From NCBI GenBank assembly GCA_026770705.1, contig JANJGN010000003.1, positions 143,406,001-143,470,000 of the forward strand: a DNA stretch of 64,000 bases, given 5' to 3'. The notes below the pieces were generated by a model that was not told the origin of the DNA, did no database searches, and saw only the letters and a program-made list of their open reading frames with translations. The position numbers and the translations under genes are program-made. This document shows positions 50,873-63,438 of this stretch, piece after piece. Positions within the stretch are counted from its first letter, which is position 1; each line of letters opens with the position of its first letter. This DNA is from Isurus oxyrinchus (taxonomy: Eukaryota).

Positions 50873-53800
50873 GGGCAGAATTGTCCCAGATTTGCAGTAA
50901 GAGCAGTAGCCTGGTGGGGTGGGGATGACATGACACTGCCTTAGTTATTCATTCCCAGGAAACACGCCGTTTCTATGGCAAGCAGACTCCCATTCACCTG
51001 CCACGCCATCACCTTGCTGCATCATCATGCCGGGCACCATATTTAAAGTGCAGCCGTGCACATACATCTCAGTGCTTCCAGCCCATGACTGCTGCATGGA
51101 AGATATGACCCTGAAAAGCAAGAAGCCTGCAGCCCCCAGGTTCAATGACACGTCCCTCAAGCACCTTTTGGGTGCAGTGGAGGCCCGCCTTGATGTCCTC
51201 TACCCCTGCTCTGGACACCTTGTCCTAGAGATAGAGAGAGTGCAAGAAACATCATGAATCCGGCTTGAGAGGCAGTGGCAGGGGTGGTCAGGGCCAACGC
51301 CCAGCCAAAGAAGACAGCCACCCAGTGCTGCAAGACGATGAATGATCTCTTCTATTCCACCAGGTAATTCACTCTTCTCATCACTCTCAACTCACACACT
51401 CACAAACTCATCACACATCCACAGGGCCCTCACTCACTGCCAGTTCAAGGGACGTCACCATTCACTCTCTCACAATCACCTTCATTATCCTCATCCCACA
51501 TCCATGGGACCACTCACCACCTGCACATTTCAGGCATACTTATCATCTAGCCTGGTAGACATCCTGCTTACACTCTCTCTATCTCTAGGACAAGGTGGCA
51601 CAAAACAAGAGGGAGAGGTCACAGACTGGTGGAGGAATGCCTGAAATCAAGGTCCTCACGGACTTTGAAAACAGAGCCATCCAGCTGACGGGTGACAATC
51701 TGGACCGGTCCTGTGCTGAAAGTGAGGTCGGCGAGACTCTACTACGTGAGGATCCAGCAGTGCAATATCCATCAGACAACCATGCTGTGAGTGATGTGTC
51801 CTCTTTCACAGGCCACTGCCATGCACTAATTATCTCTCCTTGCTTTCACAGGCACATCTGGGAATCAGCCAAAGAAATCCACAACCCAGGGTCTCCAATC
51901 AAGCTGCGATGTAACTTCTGAAGAGGAATCTGAAGACCTCCTCCTTGAAGTCCTGTCATGGTCCTCACCCCACCAGCACAGAGGCACACACCTCGGTGGG
52001 ACCTAACTTTACAATAGCCTAGGGATCACAATCTGTTGAGCACATCACACTGTCTGATCCACTGCAGGCAGTGGCAGTGACTTCCCAGGTGTCCAGCACT
52101 CGGAGGACTGCTGGAGGCCAAAACTTTTCTGAGCCCGATCAGATGACGAGCCTCTAGACTTGATCGTATCACAGTTGCTGATGCTGCAAAGGCAAGCTCG
52201 GGAACATCAGGAACGGGTGTCTGCTGCACTCCTTAGATGGCAAGGCATGGTGGAAGAGTCTATTCAGGCTGAGGTGATAGCACCAGCATGCTAAAACATC
52301 GAGATCAACACTGGTAGGATGGCGGCTGCCATGGAGACCTTGGTCCAGGAAGTCGCTCCTGCATTGTTGTGTGGGCTGAACTTCATCGCTGATGCCATAG
52401 TTGGTCTCCAACAGTGTGTACGTAAGAGGGCTTTGGGTCAGCTCGATCTCACTCCAGCTTCCCCTTTTCCTCAAGGAGTCAGGAGGAAGATCAGCAGGTG
52501 CATACCCTGGGGTCATCCACACAGGTGACCTCTGGAGTGTCTAGTCCATCTGAATCCCCTTTTCCTGTGATCCCAGCAGCTCCAGCTCCATAGGCCAAGG
52601 AGGATACCACACAGGAGGCCCCCGAAATCAGGCTGGGGCCCCCCACGTCTTGACCCTCCAGAAGACAGCCATCAAAGTCATCACAGACAGGGTGTTGCAG
52701 TCAGCAGGATGCCTCCACCTCTGCCGTGGATGTCCGGGGAGCACCAAGACATTGCTGCAGAGTTAGGAAAGTTAAGAAACTGCAATTGCACAGCCTGGGC
52801 ACAGGTGATAATCACTTGTACATAATGTTCACTATTGTAAATAAACTCCCAAGAATGTCTCCCTGCCTATGGCTCCTTGTTCCGATGAGCTGTGTTCTTG
52901 TCACTCAGATGTGAAATCTTTCTGCACAGGATAAAGGCAGGTGTCTCAGCCCAGGGCCTCTTCCTTGTAATTTGTGCAGCCTTCAGACCAAAGTGATGTT
53001 CTGGCCTCACACTCCCTGGACCCATTACTGATGCCTGCACCTTGATGGTGCTTGTCATTGCTTCCAGAATGTCATGGGCAGGTGTCACAGAGTTCTGTCA
53101 TTCTTTCTGTATACTCTCAGCACTTTTAAGTTGGGGCTGGCCTCCATCTCTTCAGCATGTGTGACCAGTGACGCTGTGCTCCTGAAGGGCTCAGGTACTG
53201 AAGGTGGACAAAGGATCAGGTGCTTTTAAAGTTTCATGTCTGCATCTCCATGATATGACCCTGAACACAGAGCGCAAGCAAACTGCCCTCGGCCAGACAG
53301 GAGTCAGGCATTCTCAGAGGCTGTGTGAGAAGACCTATGGAGTGTCCTCACTGCATGTTATCATCATCCTCCTGCAGTCGAGTGACTATTAGGGTCTCCA
53401 TTACATCTCCATGACAGGAGCAATATCACAGGGGGTACGTGCGCTGTCATAATCCAGACAGGAGTCAAACGTTCATAGATACAATATGAGGATCTTATGG
53501 TGCCTCCTCACTGCATGTCATCATCATTGTCCACAAATCCAGCAGTTATGAGGGCTTCCCAAGTGTGCCTGCTTCGTCTAGCCAGTGCGAGGGCCTCATC
53601 GCTGTCATTGTCAACTTCAAGAAGCTCCTCACTCTCATCAACGTTGGTCTCCTCCTCATCAGAGGAGACCTCCAGCTCCTGTATCTCCTCCTCAGCCAGG
53701 TTCTCTCCCCGTTGCAGTGCCAGATTGTAAACAGCGCAGCAGACGACAATGATGCATGACACCCACTGTGGACTATATTGCAGGGCTGCACCAGACTAGT

Positions 53801-54066
53801 CCTGGAACCGGAACCTCATTTTCAGCATCCTGATGGCTTGCTACACCAAGGTGTGAATTGCAGCATGAGCCTAATTGTATTGTCACTCTGCTGTAGTCTG
53901 AGGCTGCTGCATAGGTGTCATCAGCCAAATCCTCTGTGGGTAGCCCTTATACCCGAGGAGCCATCCCTGCAGCTTCTATGGACCCTGGAAGACATCAGGG
54001 ATCTGTGACTGGGTGTGAATGTAGGAGTCATGCACATTCCCTGGAAACCATACGCAGACCTACAGG
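50873..54066. mobile_element. Harbinger: plus-strand spliced Myb/SANT gene (~51105-52790) and minus-strand transposase 3' half (~53508-54066)
   Basis: TIR gggcagaattgtcccagatttgc; APRFNDTSLKHLLGAVEARLDVLYP; ctctag|DKVAQNKRERSQTGGG; transposase [11 protein letters not shown] and IIVVCCAVYNLA plus an acidic tail. Confidence 0.88.
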
Positions 54067-54069
54067 ATG

Positions 54070-54430
54070 CTTTTGTGGTATTGTGGTATACGTCTTGTGC
54101 AATTTACAATCTTTACAATATATCGACTATTTATACAACTAAATGACTGGAGGCTTCTTCAAACTTGTCGAACATTGTGGTTCTATGACTTTGAATTGTT
54201 TATCCAAGCCCTCCCTCTCAGGAGTTATCTGTCCACTAGGCTCTCCAGCAGGAACCTGTAAGTTTGTCTCTTCAACTCTCTCAGGCTCAATGGATCCTAC
54301 AGATACTTCCAAACCAACGGTCATTCCATCTACATATTGTGTAGACTCCAACGGAAATGCTTTCACACTCTTTCAGGCCCCATCGCATGCATCCCTGCTG
54401 CCCCTCTCCTCCAAGTCCAACAATATGAAG
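54070..54430 (-). mobile_element. Gypsy integrase C-terminal tail
   Basis: ...KVIEPQCSTSLKKPPVI* resembles the RRSxRxxKPP terminus. Confidence 0.55.
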
Positions 54431-54479
54431 GTCAACTGTCAGGAATGTTCTCAAAATCAGGATACAGGCAAGGCTAAAT

Positions 54480-55320
54480 TCAATACAATATGATCAGCTT
54501 CCCATTGTGTAAAAAAAAAAATTCAGAGCCTTGTTGGTAATTCTGCTTTTTCTTTCTATGTGCCTTCTTCAGATGGGTTTTCTCCTTGGCAGCACTGACT
54601 TTCACCTTGACTTCCTCTTCAACTTCCCTATTGGCCAGACTAGGCTCCAGTATGAGCTCAACTTGAGTGAACTCAGTGGTTGAGTCTTCCAGCATTTCCT
54701 CATCTGTCAGTTCCTTTGAAAACTCAGGGGTCTGTATTTTTAAGGCTTCTTGGCTTCCAGGTATCTGATTCTTCAGCTTTTCATTTCTTTTTTATATTTA
54801 TTAGCTGTTTCCTGGAGAATTATGTATTGCTGTCATTTCTCAGCTAATCTATTCTTCATCTCTGCCAGAGATATAATGAATTTGTTCTGTTCTTCCTCGC
54901 ACCTTTTAGTAGTACAAATTGGGATCTGAGGGAATCTTGCAATATGCAAAAGTCTGTCAGCAGGTTTTTATTCTTTTTTTTTTGGAGGTTACTGAATCAA
55001 CTCGAACTCTGTCCTGAAGCATCTGCTCTACGAGTGCCTTATGTTGAGGGTTTACATGCTCCTTTTTCCAAACAGTAACATTTCCTGCTTCTAATTGAGA
55101 TCTCAGCAGTCTCTCAAGATTAATCTTTCAACCAGTTCCTTCCGAGGAAACTTGATCCATTGCCTGCTACCACTATTAGGGCTGGATTAACAGACTGATT
55201 TCCAGACTGTTCTAGAACCTTGCACATGCCTCTTACTCATATGTCTTCATCAGTATACATCTTTAATTTTGCATCTGAATTTTCCAGATCAAGTGAGTGG
55301 TCTCCTCCATTCAGATATTT
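54480..55320 (-). mobile_element. Diverged non-LTR retrotransposon fragment (clade uncertain)
   Basis: GDHSL (SDH-like endonuclease end) near 55300, followed by a Lys/Arg-rich linker; many stops. Confidence 0.35.
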
Positions 55321-55324
55321 GAAC

Positions 55325-56414
55325 TATGCTGCCCTATAACTGTCGTGTATGCGCCTGTTTCCATCTCCATTCGGATGGGTTTCCCTGTTATGTAGATTGA
55401 CTCTGTTTCACCCATTTTTAAGTTTTGAAGTGAGTAGTTATCTGACTCTTTCTTCTGGTTCCTTTATTATGTGGATTTCACAATTTCTACCTTTTTGTTT
55501 AAAATTTTGTCTCAATCTGTCTTGACAATATTGCATAATGTGCCCATTACGATGGCAGGAGAAACACTCAATTCTTTTAAATTTTCATTTGTTTGCAGGC
55601 TGGTTCCATTTCTGCCATTATTAATGAAGGTTTTGTCCGTTAAACCATTGCTTTTTGCTGGTCAGTTAATGGTGGCTGTTTCCCACCTCTCCGCGGAGCC
55701 CTGTGCTTCCCACGCCATTTCTAACCGGTATTTCCCTCCTGATGTGAAGGGCGGCGCCATTTTATGGTCCCTTGATTGCTTCTGAATCTCTGACCATGCT
55801 CTCCATTGCGAGTACCAAGTCCAGTGCCTTGCTCAAGTCTAAATTCATTTCTGACAACAAAGTTTTTTGAATGGTGTCTTCATTAATCTCACGTACTAAT
55901 CGGTTTCTTGACATGTTATTAATCGACGTCCCGAACTCACAATGCTTTGTTAGTTGTTTTAAGGCTGCTACATAGCAAGCAACTGTCTCTCCAGGGGCGC
56001 AACACCTTGAATTAAATTTAAAATCCTGCACTGTTACCAAAAGTGGCTTTTCACAAGATTGACCAACTCATCAAAGCTCTTGGAATCTGGGGCATTGGGT
56101 GCCGTTAGATTACAAATTATGCCATGTGTTTTACTGCCACATGTTGATAAGAGGATCGCCTGCCTCTTCTCTTCTCCTGATATGTCGTTGGCCAAAAAGA
56201 AGAATGCGAGGTGTTCAATGTAATGTGACCAGTCATCGGTGGTCTGATCAAATGGTTCGATGCAACCAAATTGTGGCATTCTGGAGGGAGATAACTTCGA
56301 CGGGTATGGTGAGGGCTGTACTTACAATCAGCCTGCAAGGCACAGCTGTTTCAGCGAAATTTTTGAGCCCTTCCTAAGCGTCATCGACTGGCCATGTTTT
56401 GCCTCGTCATCTGT
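55325..56414 (-). mobile_element. Gypsy gag-protease and PBS remnant
   Basis: MPQFGCIEPFDQTTDDWSHYIEHL...RQAILLSTCG, GETVACYVAALKQLTKHCEFG, PIRMEMETGA; degenerate PBS gatgacgagg next to the LTR. Confidence 0.88.
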
Positions 56415-56711
56415 TGTTATGTTCCTTCTGTTGGGTTGCTTTGCTCATGAGCACAGTTGCACACCTACCTACTGATGGGTGAGTTCACAGACAAGATACT
56501 GCAGGCACAGAGACCAATGTAAGATGAAGCACATGTTGTTTATTTAGACTAGTAACAGAGCACTAACACAATGCGTGCTTCTCCAACCAGACCCTATTCT
56601 AAAACTACTGATGAACATTGAAGCCCATGCTACACAGCTGTTAGGTTATACAGTCACATGGTCAATCTGCTCACACTCTCTTAAAGGTGTATTTTATCTC
56701 AGATTACCACA
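56415..56711 (-). repeat. 5' LTR of the minus-strand Gypsy
   Basis: TG...CA termini, minus-strand AATAAA at ~56540, adjacent to the PBS. Confidence 0.6.
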
Positions 56712-57214
56712 GTTTCACTGCCAGCTCTTCACTGACCCTCCATCTTCCAGCCCCAATCTTATGCTGGGAACCATTTGATTTCTTGTCTGATTTCCTTGGC
56801 TCCAACATCATTCCCACCAGCAGTGCAGTCATGTTTAAATGAGGTTTGTACATTCAAATAGCCTGTGGCTCATACCAAGGAGTTTGCAGGGTCTCTTTCC
56901 CATCCCACACCCCAGGTACTTTGCTTCCCCAGACAATCCTTCACATAGTCACCATCACAGTGTAACATGGTTAAAACTAGTCTCCAGCTACCTTCCTTCT
57001 GAATGGAGTTCACCCTTTCTGGTAGAGTTTAATTTATTTGGATTCAACTTATATTGTAGGGATTCTTTACAATTTTAAATACATCAGTGACATAGCTTCT
57101 AAACCTTCTCTTCAGTGTAAACTGTCCCCGTTTTTTGTAGCATCTAACTTGGAGGACATCTCGCTCATTAATAAGCCCATGTCACTATTCAAACAACAAC
57201 AAGTGATTTCTCCC

Positions 57215-57425
57215 CATACCCTGCCAACATTTATTCCTCATCCAACACCTAAAACAGATAATCTGGTGATTTATTTCATTCTTGTTTATGGGAGCTTGCT
57301 GTAAACAAATTGTCCCCCTTACTTTCTACACAGAAACAGTGATTGCAGCTCAAAAGTACAATAAAGTATTGGCTGTAAAGCATCCCCAGGACAAAAATGG
57401 TTTGACATAAATGCAAGTCTATTGG
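57215..57425 (+). mobile_element. DeuSINE-like (AmnSINE1/SacSINE1-type core) fragment
   Basis: cagataatctggtgatt...gtttatgggagcttgctgt...cagtgattgcagctcaaaagtac...ttggctgtaaagc...aaatgcaagt resembles the Deu-domain core and tail as I recall them. Confidence 0.6.
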
Positions 57426-57584
57426 TCTTTCTCTCTTGTGAGAGTCTTAGGACTGGATTTTCTAGTCCCAATCTGTGGCCTGTCCATATCTGGTGGGCTT
57501 TATAAATGGTGGGCAGAACTTGATTCCAGGATTCCTGCCCCAATTTCTATCACTGCCAATTTTGATCAGTGTGGAGTAAGGGGA

Positions 57585-58372
57585 TAGGAAAATGTGAGGC
57601 TGTCCACTTCGGCAGGAAGAATAGAAAAGCAAAATATTATTTAAATGGAGAGAGACTGCAGAATGCTGTGGTACATGGGGGCCTGGGTGTCATTGTACAT
57701 GAATCACAAAAAGTCAGCATGCAGGTACTACAAGTAATTCAGAAGGCAAATACAATGTTGGCCTTTATTGCAAGGGAGATGGAGTATAAAAACAGGGAAG
57801 TCTTGCTGCAACTGCACAGGTGAGACCACACCTAGAGTACTGGGTACAGCTTTGGTCACCTGACTTTAAGGAGGGATATACTTGCATTGGAAGCAGTTCA
57901 GAGAAAGTTCGCTAGGCTCATTCCTGCGATGGAGGGGTTGCCTTTTGAGGAAAGGTTGAGCAGTTTGGGCTTATACTCTTTGCAGTTTCAACGAATGAGA
58001 GGTGAGCTTATTGAAACATAAAATTCTGAGGGGGCTTGGCATGGTTGATGGTGAGAGGATGTTTCATTTCGTGGGAAAATCAAGATCTAGGAGGCACAGT
58101 TTCAAAATGAGGGATCTCCCACTTAAGACAGAGATGAGGAGGTATTTATTCTCTCAGAAGGTCATAGGTGTTTGAAATTCTCTTCCACAGAGAGCTGCAG
58201 GGGCTGGGTTATTGAATATATTCAAAACAGAGTTAGGGAGATTTTTGAGCTACAAAGGAGTCAGGGGTTATGGAGGCAGGCCACAGTCAGATCATTATTG
58301 AATGCCTGACCTTATTGAATGACAGAGCAGGCTCAAGGGGCTGAAGGGCCTCCTCCTGCTCCTACTTCTTAT
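57585..58372 (+). mobile_element. CR1 3' fragment
   Basis: GKCEAVHFGRKN...EYKNREVLLQL; CR1 tail ctcctgctcctacttcttatg. Confidence 0.9.
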
Positions 58373-58767
58373 GTCCCAACGTTACCAGCTCCATTGTGGA
58401 AGTGGACATTTCAACCCCCAGCAATTTTCGTGGAGTGAAGCCAGATTTTGAAGGAAACATGGTTCTCACCAGCTCATATGTGTTGTAAATTATGAGGTCC
58501 CCTGGTTTTGAGTCAAAATCTACAAGACAGGTAAATTCAAAAGGTGTTGCCATTCATCTATTATAATGAAATACTGTATCATTAGTTATGTGTGATTTTA
58601 ATACAGTGAATGATGATAAGGCTTCATTTTGAAAAGCTAAATGACCATTAAAGTGAACACCATTGTGAAATTGTAAACACCTTTAGCTGCATTAGATAGA
58701 GTGTATTGCACAAAAATAAAATTCAGATTTCACTGTGTCAATTTCCCCCTTTGCATTCACGTTTTCC

Positions 58768-58890
58768 TTGAATTTCAGCTCAACCATCTATTGGGTTTTT
58801 TCAAAGTTTTGACAGACAACTGAGTTCTTTGAATTTCAGCTCAGTAATCTATTTGACTATTTCAAAACTTTTATAGATAGCTGAGGTTCT
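58768..58890. repeat. Diverged tandem duplication, 2 x ~61 bp
   Basis: Both units start ttgaatttcagctca and end ctgag(g)ttct. Confidence 0.8.
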
Positions 58891-59804
58891 GGCTGACATC
58901 AAAAGCTTTAATGTATTCAGCTCTGGAGGTTTTGTTAACACAGTTGTTGGAATTAAATTTCATTATGAATGCTTGTGTGAGTTCTAAACCCACTATAATG
59001 GATTCATCTCAGTGGGGGTTGTTGCCACAGCAGTCAAGGGACTGTGATCTTGGTTATAGTGACATATGTATGAGCAGTTAAGAGGATTGTGGGGTTTTAA
59101 GTGGATTTTGAATCACTGCTTATTTTGACAGATTTATGAGCTATTCGAAGGCTTCACAGTGTTATTATAAGACCCATGAATTCTGTATATAGTGAATACT
59201 GGGTTATTGGATATGAGGGTGAGGGAGAGTATGGAGGGGTTTTGGAAGGTGATGTGCATAGGGGTGAGGAGTTATTGGGTGTAGGTAGATATGGGGGCTG
59301 AGATGCCCCCTCAGCATTCACCTGCCTTCATCTCCATCTTGGGCCTACTGCAAGAGGCAGCAGCCCCAACTCCAGCCCATCTCTGTGGGATACAGGATAC
59401 AACATCAGGAAACATCCTGATTCCTAGCTCCATGATGAAAATGTTGTCCATGCAGTCTCCTATCATTGTATAAGGAATCACAGAGGTCTGACTTTAGTGA
59501 AGGGTATGATCACTATATTTTTAATTTATTATATCATTAGTTTTTAAATTGAGTTTTTGAAGCTAATTATGCTCCAACTTTTGTTTATGATTTCTCCCCT
59601 TCTGGTCTTACTGGAACACGCACCTATTACAGCCTTTGCTTATGCCATTGTTAACTAAAAGAACACAGGAGTCAAATCTCTTCCTATTTTCCTTCCTTCC
59701 CTCTGCTTTGCCTCTTCCTGCAGCAGCACAGATATCAAAAACTCACTAGAGTGAGAGTCTGGATTATTTCATGTGCGAATGTTCTAATGCAAGGCCTACA
59801 AAGG

Positions 59805-60525
59805 CAAAACACTCTGGATGATAGAAATCTGGAATAAAAAACAGAAAATGGTGGAATTATGCAAAGATCTAGCTATATCTGTTTTCAGGGAAATAGAGTT
59901 AGCCCTTCAGGTCCATGACCTTAGATGAGAAATGGGAAAAGTTAGAAATATAATAGGTTTTGAGCAAGTGAAAGGGAGGGTTGGGGGTGGGGGTGGTGGG
60001 GGTGGAGGGTGTGGGTGTTGTGAGAAAAAAACAAAAGAGAAGGTTGTAATTGCATGGAAGGCAGCAGAGGTAAAATAATAAGAGGGTTAATGGTACAAGG
60101 CTATTGGGACAAGTAACAAGTTAAAAGATGTGGCTAGAGGGGGTGTAAATGGCAGGGTCACGTAAAGCTGCCATTCAAAAGCAAAACAATGGGAAAAGAG
60201 AGAAAAACCAAACCAGCAAAGAAAAAGGAAACAAAATGGGGCAGAGATTATGAACTAAAAGTGTTGAACATGATGTTAAATGTGGAAGACGGTGCTGGGA
60301 TGAAAGATGAGGTGCTGTAGCTGGAGCTTACATTGAGCTACATTGGATGTGTTGCAGGAATCCAAGGACGGAAAGACCAGAGTGGGAGCTAGGTGGAGAA
60401 TTACAATCACAAGCAACTGGAAGCTCAAGGTCATACTTGGATCACACATTGAGATGCTCCACCAGTCTGCATTTGGTCCCCCAAATGTAGAGGAGACCAC
60501 ATCGTTAGCAGCAAACACAGTATAT
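59805..60525 (-). mobile_element. Old Penelope fragment (GIY-YIG end and pLTR)
   Basis: AQCKLQLQHLIF; ttggtcccccaaatgtagaggagaccacat is homologous to 26695-26725. Confidence 0.75.
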
Positions 60526-60882
60526 CAGCAGTTCTCAAAATGTGGTCATGACGTCAAATTGGGTTGCGGGGATGGCATTTGGGATCACAAGATCCAACCC
60601 TGAAGAAAGCCCAGGTGGCATTTAGCCCTGCCCTACCCTTGGCCTGCTCATCTATTGGTCTCAGGATATTTTTCTTCTTCTCGGCCATTTAAAAATGTCA
60701 CCTCAGGGCCACAGTCGCACATCAGCTTGAGCTTGGGCTGTCAGAGTGCCACGCCTCCTCGCTGATTGTTGCCAGCTGGCTGACATATGTGTGAGGGATG
60801 GGGGTGGAGAGGGTCTGATTATAATGTTTGTGTGGGGAACAGGGGCTAATTACAGTGTTTGCATGGGGCTTGGGGCTAATTA

Positions 60883-60917
<35 letters not shown>

Positions 60918-61390
60918 TTGGAGGGGCTTATCATTGTGCTTGTGGGGGAGGGAGAGTGGCTGATTATAGTGCACATGTGGGAGGCATGGGGAGAGGGACT
61001 GAAATCCTCAGTAGAAAATTAACTGTTTATTTGACTTGTGTCATATCATGGCTTTTAGGGAAACTTCATATGATGTTGATCAGTAATGCTAAATGCTCAT
61101 GCAAACGTCAATAGTATTCATTGCTTCCTGGCCAAAGGCCATGAGCTTTAAGGACTAAGCTGGTGAGCACATAAAATAATAAAATTTTTAGAAAGCACTT
61201 TAAAATATAGATTTTCATATTTATATGTTGTATTTATGATACGTTGATGCATAATACAGGAACTGCAATATTAGATACTGAATGCTACTCTGCTGCTTTA
61301 TTCCTGTCTTCTTTTTCTTGGCACCTGGGGTCACATTAATTTTCAAGTGTTAAAATTGGGTCACGTTAGATAGTTGTTTGGGAAGCACAG
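60526..61390. mobile_element. hAT (Charlie-like) non-autonomous element containing a (TG)n microsatellite at ~60886-60915
   Basis: TIRs cagcagttctcaaa / tttgggaagcacag; degenerate 8-bp TSD cagtatat / caatataa. Confidence 0.7.
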
Positions 61391-62956
61391 CAATATAAAG
61401 GTGTTTCTATTTTACTTACATTGGATAGGATTTTATTTGTTAACAAATAAAGATATGGATGATTCCCAAATCTTTGTCTTTGACAGAAATTTTTTTTTGC
61501 TTATTTTACTTTTCCAGTGAACCTAGATTTCCAGAGCAATTTGTATTTTAATGATTTCATTTCTGAAAATCACCTATTGTCAAGCAGCGAAAATTTCTTT
61601 AAAAAAGAAACCAGAGCATTTGAATGTGAATTTAAACTGAAAACATCCTCCTAAATTTGTATAAGCACTTATTGGAAGCTGACGATACAAGATTACTAAT
61701 CTCATGCAATGTTCATCTTTTGCTCAAAGACACTATAGGGCCAATGCTGCCAATGCTTGAAAATCTCGCTGATTTATCCTCATACTGGAAAATCAATCAA
61801 TTAGTCCTTGACTTGGCATCTAGCACTTCATTCAGGCAGGAAATCAAAATCCTGACAGCAAATCAACTGTGATGTTCACATCTTTACTGCCATGGCACCA
61901 CTTTGTTCTCAGTTTCTGTACTATCTGTCTTTATTCCCAGACCCATAATCTGAACTAACTACATTTTAGTACCACGGCAGTGCTGAATGAGAAACTCCAT
62001 GAGACAACTGTTTGAAAGAAAAATGCTTTCTGCATTGTTTCGGTGAATCAATCTTCAACACCAATGAATTCTGATTTAAATGCAGTGGAAATTGATGGTA
62101 GAGAATGTTCCCTTTGAGCAAAATTTCAACTGCAATACTGGCATCTGTGCACTTTTTTTTGCATTAGCACACTTTTCATATGCAAATAATCAGTCTCAGT
62201 TGCTTTGCAGTTGCATGGTCCCCATGTCCAAGTCACTGCACAGTAAGTTCATCTCATACTGGTTTAATGATTTAAGAGTAATAGGGGGCAATCAGACATC
62301 AAGTGCAATTGCTGCAGTGCCAGTTTATAGAAAGCCCATAGTCATGAGTAGTTATTCGATGCTAGAACTTCAGCACAATGACTACATCTCTTCCAGTGGT
62401 TTTTTCATTTTTTAGTCACACTGACATTCCTAGCATGTTCTAAGCCTCTATTCTTGGCTTCTTTCGAATCCTTTACTGATACAGTGCTCTTCAGTGACAC
62501 CAACTGCAAAAGTGGAGTCCACTTCTATACATTTACCAATGACATTCAAAGATTATTATTATGAATACAATAATTTACTGCAACCCCCATGTCATAGTTC
62601 AGACTACTGACTATGTGCTCATTATAGAAGTCAGTTTCCATAGGTAAATCTGTCATTCTTCTGAGCCAAAAACCTCAAGCTTCTGGGTCTAATTTTTAGA
62701 CTATCAATTCCTTCCTTTTCGTTAAAGTCTCTACTGTGCCCCACTGGTTTTGCTGCCACACCACTCGCCATGTTGACTTTCCTCTTGAACAAAATAAAGT
62801 CATGATACCCTGGACCCAACCCTCATGGTGACCCAAAAACATAGTGAAAAGAGGTTTTAAGTTGAAGAATTATTCCGTAGGTAGCTTGGGAGAGTAAAGT
62901 CTAAAAGAATCTAAGCCCCATCGTTAAAGTGCTGAAGGAAAGGAACAGATGAATAT

Positions 62957-63280
62957 AACAACAACTTGAATTTATTAAGTACCTTTAAAACATAAAATAT
63001 CACAAGGCACCATACATAAGCATTATTAAATAAAATTTGACATTGAACAACATAAGTACAGATGACCAACAGCTTGGTCAAAGAGATAGGTTTTAAGCAG
63101 TATCTTGAAGAAGAGAGAGGCAGAGAGACAAAGAAGTTTAGAGGCGCTTAGCTAGACATTAGAGCCTAGGTAACTGAAGACACAGCCGCCAAAAGTAGAG
63201 TGATGAAAATCAAGCCAGAAGTGGAAGAGTGCATAGATCTCAGAAGGTTGTATAGCTAGAGGAGGTTACATAGATATGGA
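62957..63280 (-). mobile_element. L2 LINE 3' end
   Basis: acaacaacttgaattta... tail and agcttggtcaaagagataggttttaag on the plus strand. Confidence 0.7.
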
Positions 63281-63438
63281 CAGGAGGTCTCCAGTTATTT
63301 CAATAAGGGATTTGGAATATTCTTGTAGTTCCCAGATGAAAGAAACGAAAAGCACTTTTGCAAACAAGGGGCTTCTTCATGAGACCAGCAAGGCTGGAAA
63401 ATGGCTGTGAAATCCAGTAGAAATATCACTGAGTCACT

